From the human T2T-CHM13v2.0 reference genome, Homo sapiens, in the NCBI RefSeq assembly GCF_009914755.1, contig NC_060940.1: a stretch of DNA of 64,000 bases. The stretch is one strand, 5' to 3'. Below are positions 28,551 to 52,418 of this stretch, piece by piece. Numbering within the stretch: position 1 is the first letter of the stretch; the number at the start of each line of letters is the position of its first letter. The notes under the pieces are model-generated. The model was given only the letters and a program-made list of their open reading frames with translations, did no database searches and was not told the origin of the DNA. The translations under genes and the position numbers were made by a program.

Positions 28551-31500
28551 CCATCTCCCGGGTTCAAGCGATTCTCCTGCCTCAGCCTCCTGAGTAGCTG
28601 GGACTACCGGAGTGTGCCACCACACCTGGCTAACTTTTCTATTTTTAGTAGAGATGGGGTTTCACCATGTTGGCTAGGCTGGTCTCAAATTCCTGACTTC
28701 AAGTGATCTACCCACCTCGGCCTCCCAAAGTGCTAGGATTACAGGCGTTGATCCACCGTGCCCAGCTTCCAAGATTCTTTTTTTTTTTTTTTTTTTTCTT
28801 TTCTGAAACAGAGTCTCAGTCACCCAGCCTGGAGTGCAGTGGCACAATCTTGGGATCTTGGCTCACCGCAACCTCCGCCTCCCGGGTTCAAGCGATTCTC
28901 CTGCCTCAGCCTCCTGAGTAGCTGGGACTACAGGCACGCGCCACCACGCCCAGCTAATTTTTGTATTTTTAGTAGAGATGGGGTTTCACCATGTTGCCTA
29001 GGCTGGTCTTCAATTCCTGACTTCAAGTGATCCACCCACCTCGGCCTCCCAAAGTGCTGTGATTACAGGAGTGAGCCACCGAGCCCAGCTTCCAAGATTC
29101 TTTAACAATCAAAAGGAAGCAATCCTACCTCCACTCTCTTCCTCCCGGATGATCGCAGTGTTGGTTACTGCTGACCACCACTGTGATTTCCAGTTTTACC
29201 TATTTCTTTCAGCTGCTAATGTATTTCAAAAGCATGAGATGGGGTGCCCTTATTCATGCAGCGAGGTCAAGATCTTAACATAAATAGCATTCAGAGATGC
29301 CCAAACCAGGCCTCCCCAGCCTCATCTCTTATCAGACCCTATTCTCTAAGGTTTACAAACTAATTTGGATCCCAAGCCAGAACTGGCCCACATTTATTAA
29401 GATTCTACACTGAAACTAAAAAGACATGTATGTGTCTCTCACTTAAAAGAACCCTAAGAACTCTCAGGGTACAGAGACAATGCTATTTAATTCCTCATCT
29501 CTGTACCACTGTAGCGCCTAGCACTGTCCTGCATATAGGAGGCATCAATAAATGTTTGCCCAACTGAGTATCATCTCTCTACATAAGCCCAGGGCTATAA
29601 AAATCAAAAGAAATGATGGTTATAAAAAATGCTTTGAAACCATTATTATGAATTATATAAGTATGCATATGAAAGTGATAATTATATTCTGCCCCCACTT
29701 TTCCATCTCTGACATTCTAGAAGTGAGAGCTTTCTCTAACTTCTCTTGGACCACCCAGAAACATGAGACCTCAGGTACAAACCAAATTGAGCAAATCTGA
29801 GCCTGTGGGAAAGGGGTGTGCGTGTAAAGCTGAAGCAGGTGCCTGGACGACGGCAGGGACAGTGGGAGTGTGCTACTCTTAAGGGCCCAGCAACAAACAC
29901 CTGGCACGGCTGCTGACCTGGAACTCCTGCAGCTCACTCCCCTAAGCACCGCAAGCTGCAGTCCTCCCAGCTGGGGCTTTCCAGATCACTCACCCGTTCA
30001 CCTCGGCTCAAAGCATCTCCAGATGAACAAAGTGCGTAGAAAAACTTGGATTCACATTGTGGGTTTGCCACTTGTCAGCTATTGACCATGTAACTTCTCT
30101 CATGGTCCTGATCTGTGCAATGGGAATAGCACCCATCTCGAAGGGGTTCCATGAGGATTATATAAAGGCACACATAAAGCTCTACCTCCATGGCTATGGT
30201 CATGGGTTGGGCAGATTGAGGGTCACAGCTCTGCAGGAGCCCCATGGCATCACAAGGAAGGCACAAACCCCTCCCACACAGCACTGACTCTGGCTCCACA
30301 GCGCCCCAGCCCCACCCCACCTTCCCAGCCCCCACTTCCCACAGGAACTCTCCTCCCTGGGGCCCCACTCCCAGCAGGCACCGGCCTCCAGGAAGGTTGC
30401 GGTTTCAGGGCCAGCCCTACCTTGGTTGATCCTTGCCCCTAGACCCAGCAGAGGACGGTGCGCGTCCATCCTATGGGACACGGCCGTAACCCCTTCCCCA
30501 GCCCCCACTTTAGCACACCCTGCAGAGCAGAGGCCTGACCTGAGCTGGCTCTAAACAGCTCCCTGAGGCTGGAGGCCAGACAGCCACAAGCCAGGAGCAA
30601 GATTCTAGAATACAAAGCTATTATAATAAGGAGTTTCTCTGCAAGGCCAAAAGCCTCAGACATTAATAGAGGCAGAAGATGAGTTGCAGACCCTGAAGGT
30701 AGGAGAGAGGGGGATGAACCCAAGTCTCCAGGGGAGACTTCTGGAGGAAGTGGGAAGTGGGATGAATAAACGGTGGACCAGGGGAAGCCAGAGAGGGTCT
30801 GGAGTGTATGGGGTGGCATGGCGTGGCTGGGGGGGCGGGGGGAATGTTAGAAGTTCATCTCCCAACGCTGCCCTCTGACTGCCTCCAGGGGGCCATTAAA
30901 CTGGACCACACTACCTCCCGGGGTGAAGGGACTAAGGTGCTGACAGTCCGCTCTGATTTCTTTTAAAGATAGGATTCAGAATGCCAGGTAGCTTGGCTGC
31001 TCATCACTGCTTATGATTCTGATCTTGGTCACACCGTAGATGTATAATAAGGAGCCACTGAGGAGCTGTCAGGGTCCTCTTTTTCCTTCTGTACTCGTCT
31101 GCATGTCTGGAGAATGCTTTGAATCACAAGAGAAAAACACAAGATGCGTGTGTTCTGCACAGTTATTGATCGACACCAGGCAGTGGCAGCCAGACTGGGA
31201 AGAGCCCTCACTGACCCCTTAGCCAAGCCCTTTTTCCTACGGCCTGGTGGGTCCTCTCTGGAAACAATCAGGCCAGCTTCCTGCTCTGTCAAGGAGCACA
31301 GCAATGGGGCTCCTCTGTTTTGAGGACTTCCTGCAAGCCCTCCAGCCTACCACAAAGTCAGGGCTCCTTGGCTTTGACAGCTATCCTTCCTCCAGGAGGG
31401 CTGTCCCTTCCAAAGGTATCAGGGGCAGCTGACCTCAGAGACTGGCATCCCAGGGTCCCAACTGGAGGCTTTTCCCTCTGTAAGGAGGCGGAGCTGGTGA

Positions 31501-34500
31501 CAGGAATACTAACCACCAGCAGGGCACTACTGCTGAGGCCAGAGCTGGGGCTTCAAGGAGGAAAAGGCAGGTGCAGTCCTCCACTTACAGCCCCGCTCGG
31601 CGAGCAGGACCACGCTCCCTGCCAAACTCATCCTCATCGAAGTGGGCCCTCCTTGACCTTCACAGAACACGGGTCAGTCCACTCCTCCCCAAGCCCTGGC
31701 TTCCCCAGATACATAGATACGCTCTAGCCTGGTTGTGGAGGACCAGGTTGGGGGTGAGAGGATTAGAAGAGAACCTCTGTGCACTCTGCTGTCCTCCCTA
31801 GAAGAGGGGTGAAACGGAAGCAAAGCGGGCGATTTCTCCAGGTAATCTTCAACCCTCTCCTCCCCCACCCACGCACCTGGGGCAGGAAATCAGCTGGTGG
31901 CAACAGAGCCCCCCACACCAGAGGCTTCCTGGAACAACCCCGAGCAAGGGCACACAGCAGGAAGAGGAGACTCCAGGGCAGGGACACAAATGCTCTCCTA
32001 AAGGGCCCAACCCGGGCGAGTCGCACAAAGTGGCAGGGAGGGCAGGGCATTCCCTCCCCCTCTCCCAACTCTTGGATGTCAACATCAAGGCTGGACCATG
32101 GCGAGGGACTCTGGTCTGGGTCCTACCCTCCCCCACTGTAAGCTCCAGCAGGCTGGCCACCCTGGAAAAGGCTCAGGCCTGCTAGACCCCAGCAGGGGCT
32201 GATGGCAAGGGGCTAAGCTAGGGTGCCTGCAAGTCCCACCCATGCATACCAAAGGAAAGAGGAGATATGCTCCAGAACTTCAGGCCACAGTCTTTGCGGC
32301 CCAGAGTTGAAGGACTGGACTTAAAAATCCACCATCTATCCCCAGATCCTGTTAGGGATGTGAGAATAGGGGAGAGAATACCAGGAAAGAGGTCACAATC
32401 CAACCACGAGCACTGCAAATCCATAAGACAGGGGCCCCGGCAGCAGGGGAAGTGACTGCTTCAGTGGAAAGGAAAGCTGCAAGACAGTCTGTGGAGTCAC
32501 TGCATAGGCACAAAGGCCCTCTGCAAACCAGAGGGCAGCGGCACAGTGACCTGGCTGGCATACTGAAACAGGCTCAGCCCAAAGCTCCAACACACAAGAC
32601 AAGCTAAGCCCCTGAGAATGCTGTGAGAGCTTCTGGGACATGAGGCCCTGGGTGCAGCAGCCTCGGGTCTCAGAGGCTTCCCTGTCCCAGCCTGGCGGCC
32701 AGAGGTCAGAGCAGCTCGCTCGCCTCGCTAGTGCTGGCATCACACTCAAAGGTACAGGTGAAAACATGGTTCTTTCTCATCATCAGCCCCAGTCATGGAC
32801 CTCGCCTCCTCCACCGGGCTGGTATGACCTCTGCCTGTAATCTTTCAGTCCTCCTGCCCAGCCAAGCTACCAAGGTGGGGTGTCCGCCAGAACCACTGGG
32901 GCCAGGCAATATGATGACAGCAACAGTCCAGGCTGCAGGTATGGAGGCCTACTTTGTACCAGGCAAATCCCTCCAAAGGGCTCCTATGTTATCAGTGGGG
33001 TAGGGACACCACAACTGACCATTTGACCCCCCCCCTTCCCTTTTTTTTTTTTTTTTTTTTGAGATGAAGTTTTGCTCTTTCACCCAAGCTAGAGTGAAAT
33101 GGCATGATCTCGGTTCACTGCAACCTCTGTCCCCGGGTTCAAACTTCCATCAACTAGGCCAACTTCTTATCAGTTTCTATTCTTGTGGCCCAGTGGGAGG
33201 ATGGAACCAGGTGGGGAGACTTCTATAGTTTCTGCCAAGATCAAATGTTGGAGAAAGCCTTTTGTATGGCAGTTCGTGGGCTAAACTGGCCTGAGCAGCA
33301 TGGCAAGAGGTAGGTCATATTACAAGGCCTACATGGAACAAGGCTGCACTCCTAAAAGGTCCAGTCACATAGGTGCCAATCACCTGGGAGACCTAGGGAA
33401 ACAGGCATCCCTCCCTCCGCCACCACAGCCAAGAGCCCTGGGTAGAGAAGAGGGCAGAACAGAGATCTGACTGCAGGGTGGTCAAGTAGTCTGGAGAGGA
33501 TTCCTGGTGGCATGGGTCCTACAAGACAACCTAGACAGTGGACAAGCCAGCACTAGGAGGCCAGAGAGCCTGGCGAAAGGGCCTGCAGACGTCTGCTGGC
33601 CTTGGAGGTGGTTATCTCCTGGAAGGGGAATAACAGGGCAGGGTCCGAAAGCTTTGGAAACAAACCAGTAACTTGTTCTTTGTGAGCCAGGCTGTTTTTA
33701 TTCTTTGCACGCCCTATCTTTAGCTTTCTTTTGTTCTCCTTTTATATTTAGTAATGTCTTTTGGAAAGGTCAGCCTGTGGCAGCTATGCTCATGGAAACT
33801 CAAGGAAGGTGTTTGCATCCATGCTTCTACCAGAAGACTAAAAGGAAGCCATGTCCTCCCACCCAGCCCTCCAGAGTGAAGGTATAGAAATGCAGAGTAA
33901 AAGATGGAGGGAACCAGAGGTGGGCCCCTTGCTCAGCTGCTGTGTCCTCTGGACACTTCCTTTCCAACAGGGACCCTGGAAGTTCCAGCTAGGAAGAGAG
34001 GTCATTGTGAGCCCACGGCCAGCCTGGTGCCATCTGGTAACTTCCAGCACCAACCCTGCAGGTGGCTTTGGGAAGCATCGCTGTCCTGCACCCTGCTTTT
34101 CCCTGTCACTAAGGTTCAGCCCTGGGAGGTGGGCTGGGGAGGACAGTGCCTGAGAGCCCAGCACACACCTGCCTTCATGGTCCCGAGCTCCAGCTGAGCA
34201 GTCTTCCTCTTTCCTGAGGAGCCGATGACATGCTGTGACCTACTCAGGCAGGGCCCCTGGTTGCTAGGGAATCAGTTCACCACCTCTGGAAAGTGGCAAT
34301 ATCGCTGCTGTGAGTAGGCCCAAAGTGGGCCTTTCCCTGGCACCGCCTCTGAGCCTTATCCCCGGGGTGAGAAAAACGAAGGTTGGGGGACGCCAAGGGC
34401 CCTCCTCGGTCCCTGCTGCCCATCCTCAAGGACTGACCTGCCCTCCTGGATCTGGCCTAAGCTGAGTTATAAGCTCCCTGCCAAGACAACATCCATCGTG

Positions 34501-35149
34501 CCATGTACTACTGTTGTCAACTTTAGGGGGATGTGGAAAGGAAGGACGCACAGACCTTGGTCCATTACAGTGGACCCCAGGGAGCTGTCTTTGTTGTCCA
34601 GCTTTATGATACAGCTTGGGGTTACACAGGCATCGCCCACATGATGGTGCTATCAGGGACTGGGGATGTGAGGAGGTGGGGCCCAGGGCCCGCTTTCAAG
34701 CCCCACCCCTCCTTGAGACAAGGTCTTACTCCAGCCCAGGCTGGAGTGCAGTGCTAGGATCATGGCTCACTGCAGTCTTGGCCTCCTGCCTCAGCCTCAG
34801 CATCCTGAGCAGCTGGGACCACAGGTACACACAACACCGCACCTGACTTCGCTTTCAGAGTCCAAAGCCCTCATAGGGCCATTGTGAGGCTAGGGCATCC
34901 CCACCCCATATGTGGTTAACTCATGCCTATGAATTACCATTTTGTTTGTTGTTATTGTTTGTTTTTGTAAAGCTAGGATCTTGCTATGCTGCCCAGGCTG
35001 GTCTTGAACTCCTGACCCCAATCCTCCCGTCTCAGCCCCCGAAAGTGCTGGAATTACGGGCCTGAGCCACCAAGCCCAGCCTGCACTAACATTTCACAGG
35101 GAATGATGGACCAATGCTGGAGGACCTTGATTCCAGGACTGGCTGTGCT

Positions 35150-35285
35150 CAATAGCAGAGCAGCTGTGTGTCTTTGGGCAAATCACACCTCTCTGGGCTG
35201 CAGGTCCTCCATTTGTAAAATGAGCACGATAATGCCTACCTACTGACCTCACGCACTCCCTGCAAAGATTAAATGAGCAATGACT
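35150..35285 (+). mobile_element. MIR
   Basis: MIR core TTGGGCAAATCAC..CCTCTCTG..CTCCATTTGTAAAATG..ATAAT..CTACCT..GATTAAATGAG. Similar MIR pieces occur at ~30040-30180, 36580-36690, 47560-47750 and (antisense) 60170-60340. Confidence 0.7.
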
Positions 35286-36242
35286 GTAGGCTGTGGAGTG
35301 CTGTATCTCCAAGTAACATTGACTTTCAGCCTCATAGAGAGGAAGGAAACAGGGACGAGAGGTGACACTGCAGCTAAGCCAAAGGGAACAGGTGTGTGTG
35401 ACATGGGACTGGGGGACCAGTTAAAACCGGCCCCAGGCATAAACAGACAGGGTGCTCTGGGCGCTGAGCAGGAGAAGCAGACAGGTCAGTCTGGGCTGGC
35501 AGACAGTTCGGGAGAGAAATGGCTGTCAGCAAACATCTGAAGGGCAAGAGGAAAGACACAGGAGTGAGAGGCTCAGAATGCAAGAGGCATCCAGTCCCAA
35601 ACTTCACTCCCGAGAACTCAGGAGCTGGTGAGCATTGCCCCAAAGCTCCCAGGCACACCAGCATTTTGCTAATACACACATAACGCCACACCCTCAGAGT
35701 CCAAAGCCCTCATAGGGGCAGCCTTGACCTCTGGCCCAGAGACCCCAGCAAAGTGACTCACCTGAGGTAAGAAGCCTGTGTAAGACTGAACTGAGGTCTC
35801 CTCTTAAGTCAGAGGCTCAAAGCCCAAAGCACGCTGCTAAGCTCTTACTACAACACTCCATTCCTGGCTTTGCCAAGCTGAGTCAAATACCTGTCCCCTC
35901 ACAAACTGGAAGTGACAGAGAACTGAGTCCAAAAGAGCGCTATTTTTGTTTTTCTGTACCTGAAACTGGCACCACTGTCCTGGGCATTCTCTTCCAAAGG
36001 AGGAGACAGAGGGGGAGCACGACTCACCCCAAATCCCTCAACAGAATTGAGAAAACACAGCCACACCAGAGCCATGTCCTCATCCCAGTGCCAGCAAGAA
36101 ACAGCACAGGAGGGTGGGCATTCAGGAAGCTGACGTCACTGAATGTCTCCATCTCAGACCTTTCCTAACACCAGCTATCACACAGATCTCCCCCCGGGCC
36201 ATTAAGAGGAAGGGACCATTTGCCATAAAAATCAACACTTTA

Positions 36243-41040
<4,798 letters not shown>

Positions 41041-42328
41041 GAACTCCCCAAAGGCCCCAGGTCTGGCTGGCTGGGCTGCAGGATAACCCTGACACCAAAA
41101 TGGAACGGAAAGGTCTGGAAGTCACTGCTCTGTCCACAGCCCTGGCACCACTCCTGGGGAGGCTTCAAACTCCTGAGTCAGGCTCAGAATGAGCTCAGTC
41201 TTGCCAGGTTTGTCCCCTCCCCCAGTGCACAGCTGACCGCAGATGGGAAAGGGAGCTGGTGGCCAGGCAGGGGAAACCCAGCTGGGCCGAAGCCAGGGGC
41301 TGTGTATTTCAGGAGGAGGTGACAGAGCGGCAGCAGCACCAACTCAACTGTCAGTATCTGTGGGGCCAGCTAAGAGAAGGCAGCTATCTGGGATTACAAA
41401 ACTCAAGGAGTCTATCTCTTCCCTCTTATCAGACTGACCTTTGGCAGCCTTGCAGCCTGTGAACAAACTGCCATTAACAACCCCTCCCCCGCTTCCTGTA
41501 AGCACAATTCTTTGTGACCAGCCCAGGACAGCCAGAGGCTGCCAGAAAGCCTGCCCCTTCCTCCCTGCTAGGGTGGGGCTTGGGGCCCATCTCTCCCCAG
41601 ACCCCTCTATCCTATCCCTCCCTCTTGGACACAATCCAGGAAACCTTATGCTCTGCTCAAACTGGACTTCTCAAGGTCCCCACACGTCCCCTGCCTTCTC
41701 AGTTCAGGCCTTTGTATCTTGGTATGTGTGGCCTTTTCCTCACTACCTTCCTCCTCTTCTCTACAGTGAGATCCTACCCAGCCCCTTCCAAGCGGGTTCT
41801 CAACTCCTCACAGATCTGCCACGTGGCTGTGCGGCTGACCCAGCGCCTCCCAGATCAGTCTGATTCCACCTCCCACCCTGGCTTTGGGGAAAAACCTGGC
41901 TAGAGCAGAGCACAGGATGTAAAAGGGTGGGGGAGAACTTGGCAAATAAAAAAATGGGAATCCTATTAACAGTCACCCCAGGGCCTAAATGGTGGCCAGA
42001 GTAAGAAGGGAGGAAAGAGACCAGATGGAGTTTTCTGCCTGAATCCAGGACAGAGCAGGAGTTGGAAGTGGGGGTGAGGAACTACTGGATGCAGGGGAAC
42101 TGAGCACAGCCCCCTCAGCTGCAGGAGCCTGAGTTGTCCAGGGAGATGCCAGAGCAGGCTGGCTGCTGCTTAACGCATCCAAACAGGTTAGGAGAAAGTT
42201 CAAGCCAATTCCCACAGACATCTGGCCCTTATGATGGCCTCCTGGGCCCCCAGTACTACCTCCCCACTCAGGCTGTGGCGGGCTTCTGTCAATCAGGTTG
42301 ACCAGATGGCTGAAGAATGAATCCCTGA

Positions 42329-49522
<7,194 letters not shown>

Positions 49523-49554
49523 TTAATCTCTCAAGAAATTGTGATGACCCCAAA

Positions 49555-49725
49555 CCAGTGGTTCTCAAAGTGTTAGCCCTAGGGAGCTGGAGAGAGATGC
49601 AAAATATAGGCTCCACCAAGATTAAACCATAAAACTCTGGAGTCCCCTCACACACACACAATCTGTGCCTTAACCAGCTCTCCAGGAGACTATGACTCTC
49701 AGTCAAATGTGAAGAATCCTTCCCT
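49555..49725. mobile_element. MER5-like hAT DNA transposon remnant
   Basis: Terminal CAGTGGTTCTCAAAGTG and internal TTAACCAGCTCTCCAGG. Confidence 0.5.
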
Positions 49726-51675
49726 AAACCTGTAACCATGAGACCTTCCGCTGTAATTCATTTACTGAACACCCACTAGGTGCTAAGGACCAAGCCAGGT
49801 GGTGGTATTTCAGAAAATGAGGACACATTTGAAGAGCATCCACAGTCTAATGAGAGCCAAAATGAAGTATACAAATATGGCCAAAATAAGGCAGGATGTG
49901 GTATAGGACAACGCAAAATAATCCATTTCCCACCCCTCTCCCCAGGCCCTACCCCTCAGGTCTTCTTTTGCCATGAAAAGACATGGAAAAACCAAGCCTC
50001 CCCAAATCCCCAATCCTGGTATTGCAGACTCCTTAATCCCAGGTGCCTTCTCGAGAAGAGTGGTCCTTACCCTGAGGCTTGGCCGGAGTAGAAATGCTCC
50101 CCTGAGGCCATAGCCAGTGGCTCTCAGAAGCTTGGCTTTATCTGGGATTTGCACTCCAAAAGTTCCCAGGAGCCATCAGCGTGCCACAGCACATCACAAC
50201 AATGCGCTCCCAGGCAGGGTCACTCCCACAGGCCCCTGCCAGACTTGCAAGCAAGGGTGCAGAGGCAGACATAAACACCCACACAGACAGTTGGCCCCCT
50301 GGCCTCCCTTCCTCCATTCTCAAGTTACAAGGTTAAAAGCATCCAATTCACAGCCAAGGGGGAGGGCTGGGAAGGGGGTTGCTGAAGCAGTGAACCATCT
50401 GGTTCAGATCAAGATTGCTCCTTCAGGAACCCACATAACTCCTAGAGCCTCCTGTCCCTCCTTTCCTCCACCCAACCCACTGGGAAACTGGGGATTGGGG
50501 TAGAATGGATGACTATCCCCCTCTGCCCCCCCCGCAAAAAAAAAAAAATCTGAAGAGGACAAAACAAAAAACCTGAATAATACAGGCAAATCTGTGCCAC
50601 CTCTCTGAGCCCTCGTTCCCTCTAAATCCTGAGTCCCACGACTAAACTTGAGATCACCGCCCACATACTCTGTGCCTTCCTCCACAGAGAGATCAGGGCA
50701 GCCAGCAGGCATCCCTCCCTGAAAGGGCAACCCCTCCAAAGTTAGCAGCAGAAGCAAGATGAAGCTTAGGGGTGTGGTCTCCCAGACTCCTCTTATGCCA
50801 CCATCTCTCTAAAAACCAGCGATACCTTCCACCTGAGAAGGGCTTCAGAGCCCACCAGGCAAGGAAGGGGTGGCCAACCAGCTTCCAAACATCCGTCCCA
50901 AAGACGAGGCGGGAGTGTGTTACTGGCCAGAGGTCCCAGAGTGCCCTGTACTCCCCCGGAGGCTTTGACTGAAAAGAGGCCCCAGGTCCCTGCCTGCCCC
51001 CAGCACCTCTCTAGCCCCTTTCTCCAACACCACCTTTGACTCAATCCTCCGCTCCTTTACGCAGCTGTAAAGCAAGAGGGAAGATGGGAGACGGGAGATG
51101 GATGCAGTTGGCAAAAGATAAATCGAAAGGCTAACTTGAGCAAGCAAGCAATTGGTGCTGACTCCTCTACAGGCAGAGGGAACCCGGAGTGGGTTATGCG
51201 AAGGAGGGAAGGCCAACAGGAGCGGCAGGAAGCTAAGGGGAGACTCAAGTGAGCTCAGCCCAGAGCTGTAGCAGGGGGTGGGAAGTTTGGTCCAGTCACA
51301 GGGGAATGACTGGGGGTAAGAAATGACTTCCATTCCAAGGCAGAGAAGGAACAGGAGAGAGGAGAGACGAGGTTCAGACCAGCCTCCACGGGACTGGCGC
51401 TTTGGCCAAGTTTCTGGCTTCAGCCGTGCCTCAGTTTCCCCAAAGTAGGAAGGTCGAGCCGTGAGAACTGGGCCACTGAGGATGGTTAGGGGGCAGTGCC
51501 AGGTAGGGGAAAGATCACAGGGGAGAGAGGAAAGAGGAGCTGATGGGGCAGACAGGCTCTGGCCAAGAGTGGGGCCGGGGTCTCCCAGGTGGAGCAGAGG
51601 CCGGGAGACCCAGGGTTAGCGGTACGAACTAGGGAGTGGACTGGAAGTCGGGACCAGGGCAGAGAGCTCTTCCGA

Positions 51676-51709
51676 GGGCTGGGGCTGGGGCTGGGGTTGG
51701 GGTTGGGGG
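51676..51709 (+). repeat. (GGGGCT/GGGGTT) hexamer run, G-quadruplex-competent
   Basis: GGGCT GGGGCT GGGGCT GGGGTT GGGGTT GGGGG: six G-tracts with 2-nt loops. Confidence 0.8.
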
Positions 51710-51976
51710 CTGCCGGCAAAGGAGCGGAGCGGGAGCCCTGGGAGGCTGGGAGCGGCTGGACGTGCAAAGCAGAAGGCGGGGATCCGGAATGAGGCCAACG
51801 CGCGCGGACCCCCGCCCACACGAGGGAGCCCGGCGCCTCGACCCGGGGGAAGTTGCCGGGCTGGAACGGGCCGGTCTGGGCCGCTGGGCCGCGCCAGCTG
51901 CCCGCGCAGGGGAGGTCTGGGCAGCCGGGGGCCCGGGGCGCTCTGCATCCCGCCCGCCCTCATCCCACCCGCGCAC

Positions 51977-52130
51977 CTCAGTCAGCGCCCGGCGCCGCGC
52001 GGGCCATGCTCGCCGCTCCGGCCGCCGCCGCCGCCCGCGCAGAAAGCCGTCGCCGCCGCCGCCGCCGCCGCCGCCGTCGTCCGGACCCGTTAGCTCGCAG
52101 CTCTCTCGTCCGCCCGCCGTGGGCTAGTCC
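51977..52130 (-). other. ST3GAL2: ST3GAL2 non-coding exon 1 (5' boundary/TSS approximate)
   Basis: Lies within the CpG island. Donor GAG|GTGCGC (GT at 51976-51975). GGC-repeat-rich leader, with GC boxes just upstream. The TSS cannot be fixed from sequence alone. Confidence 0.7.
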
Positions 52131-52178
52131 CGCCCTTGCCTGGCCCAACCCTCCCCGAGCGCCGCCGCCGCCGCCGCC
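52018..52178. repeat. GCC/GGC trinucleotide tracts: (GCC)5 near 52021, (GCC)8 at 52052-52075, (GCC)6 at 52161-52178
   Basis: Read directly from the sequence. Confidence 0.9.
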
Positions 52179-52303
52179 TCAGCCCGGCCCCTCCCCCCAC
52201 CCCTGCCCGGCTTGAAGGGAAGGGTGGGGGACAGGGGCGACTGCCCCCACCCCATTCACATCCTCCCCGTCTCTCCCTCCCTCCGCCCCCCGCACGCGCG
52301 CCG

Positions 52304-52418
52304 GCATGCTGGGATATGGAGTCCAGCGGGCGCTGGGTCGCTAGGGGCGCCCCGCATCCAGGACTACATCTCCCAGAAGACAGCGCGCGCATCCCAGGGA
52401 TTGTGGGCTTTGTAGTTT
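52304..52418. promoter_or_regulatory. Three ZNF143/THAP11-type (ACTACAnnTCCCA) motifs
   Basis: GGACTACATCTCCCAGAAG (+, 52361-52379); AAACTACAAAGCCCACAATCCC (-, 52397-52418); GGACTCCATATCCCAGCATGC (-, 52304-52324). Confidence 0.7.

Noticed and set aside
51853-52215. Plus-strand ORF with poly-Ala/poly-Arg (MLAAPAAAAARAESRRRRRRRRRRR...) and other CpG-island ORFs
   Set aside because: Explained by GCC repeats and stop-codon scarcity in GC-rich DNA. It is antisense to exon 1 and has no recognisable domain.
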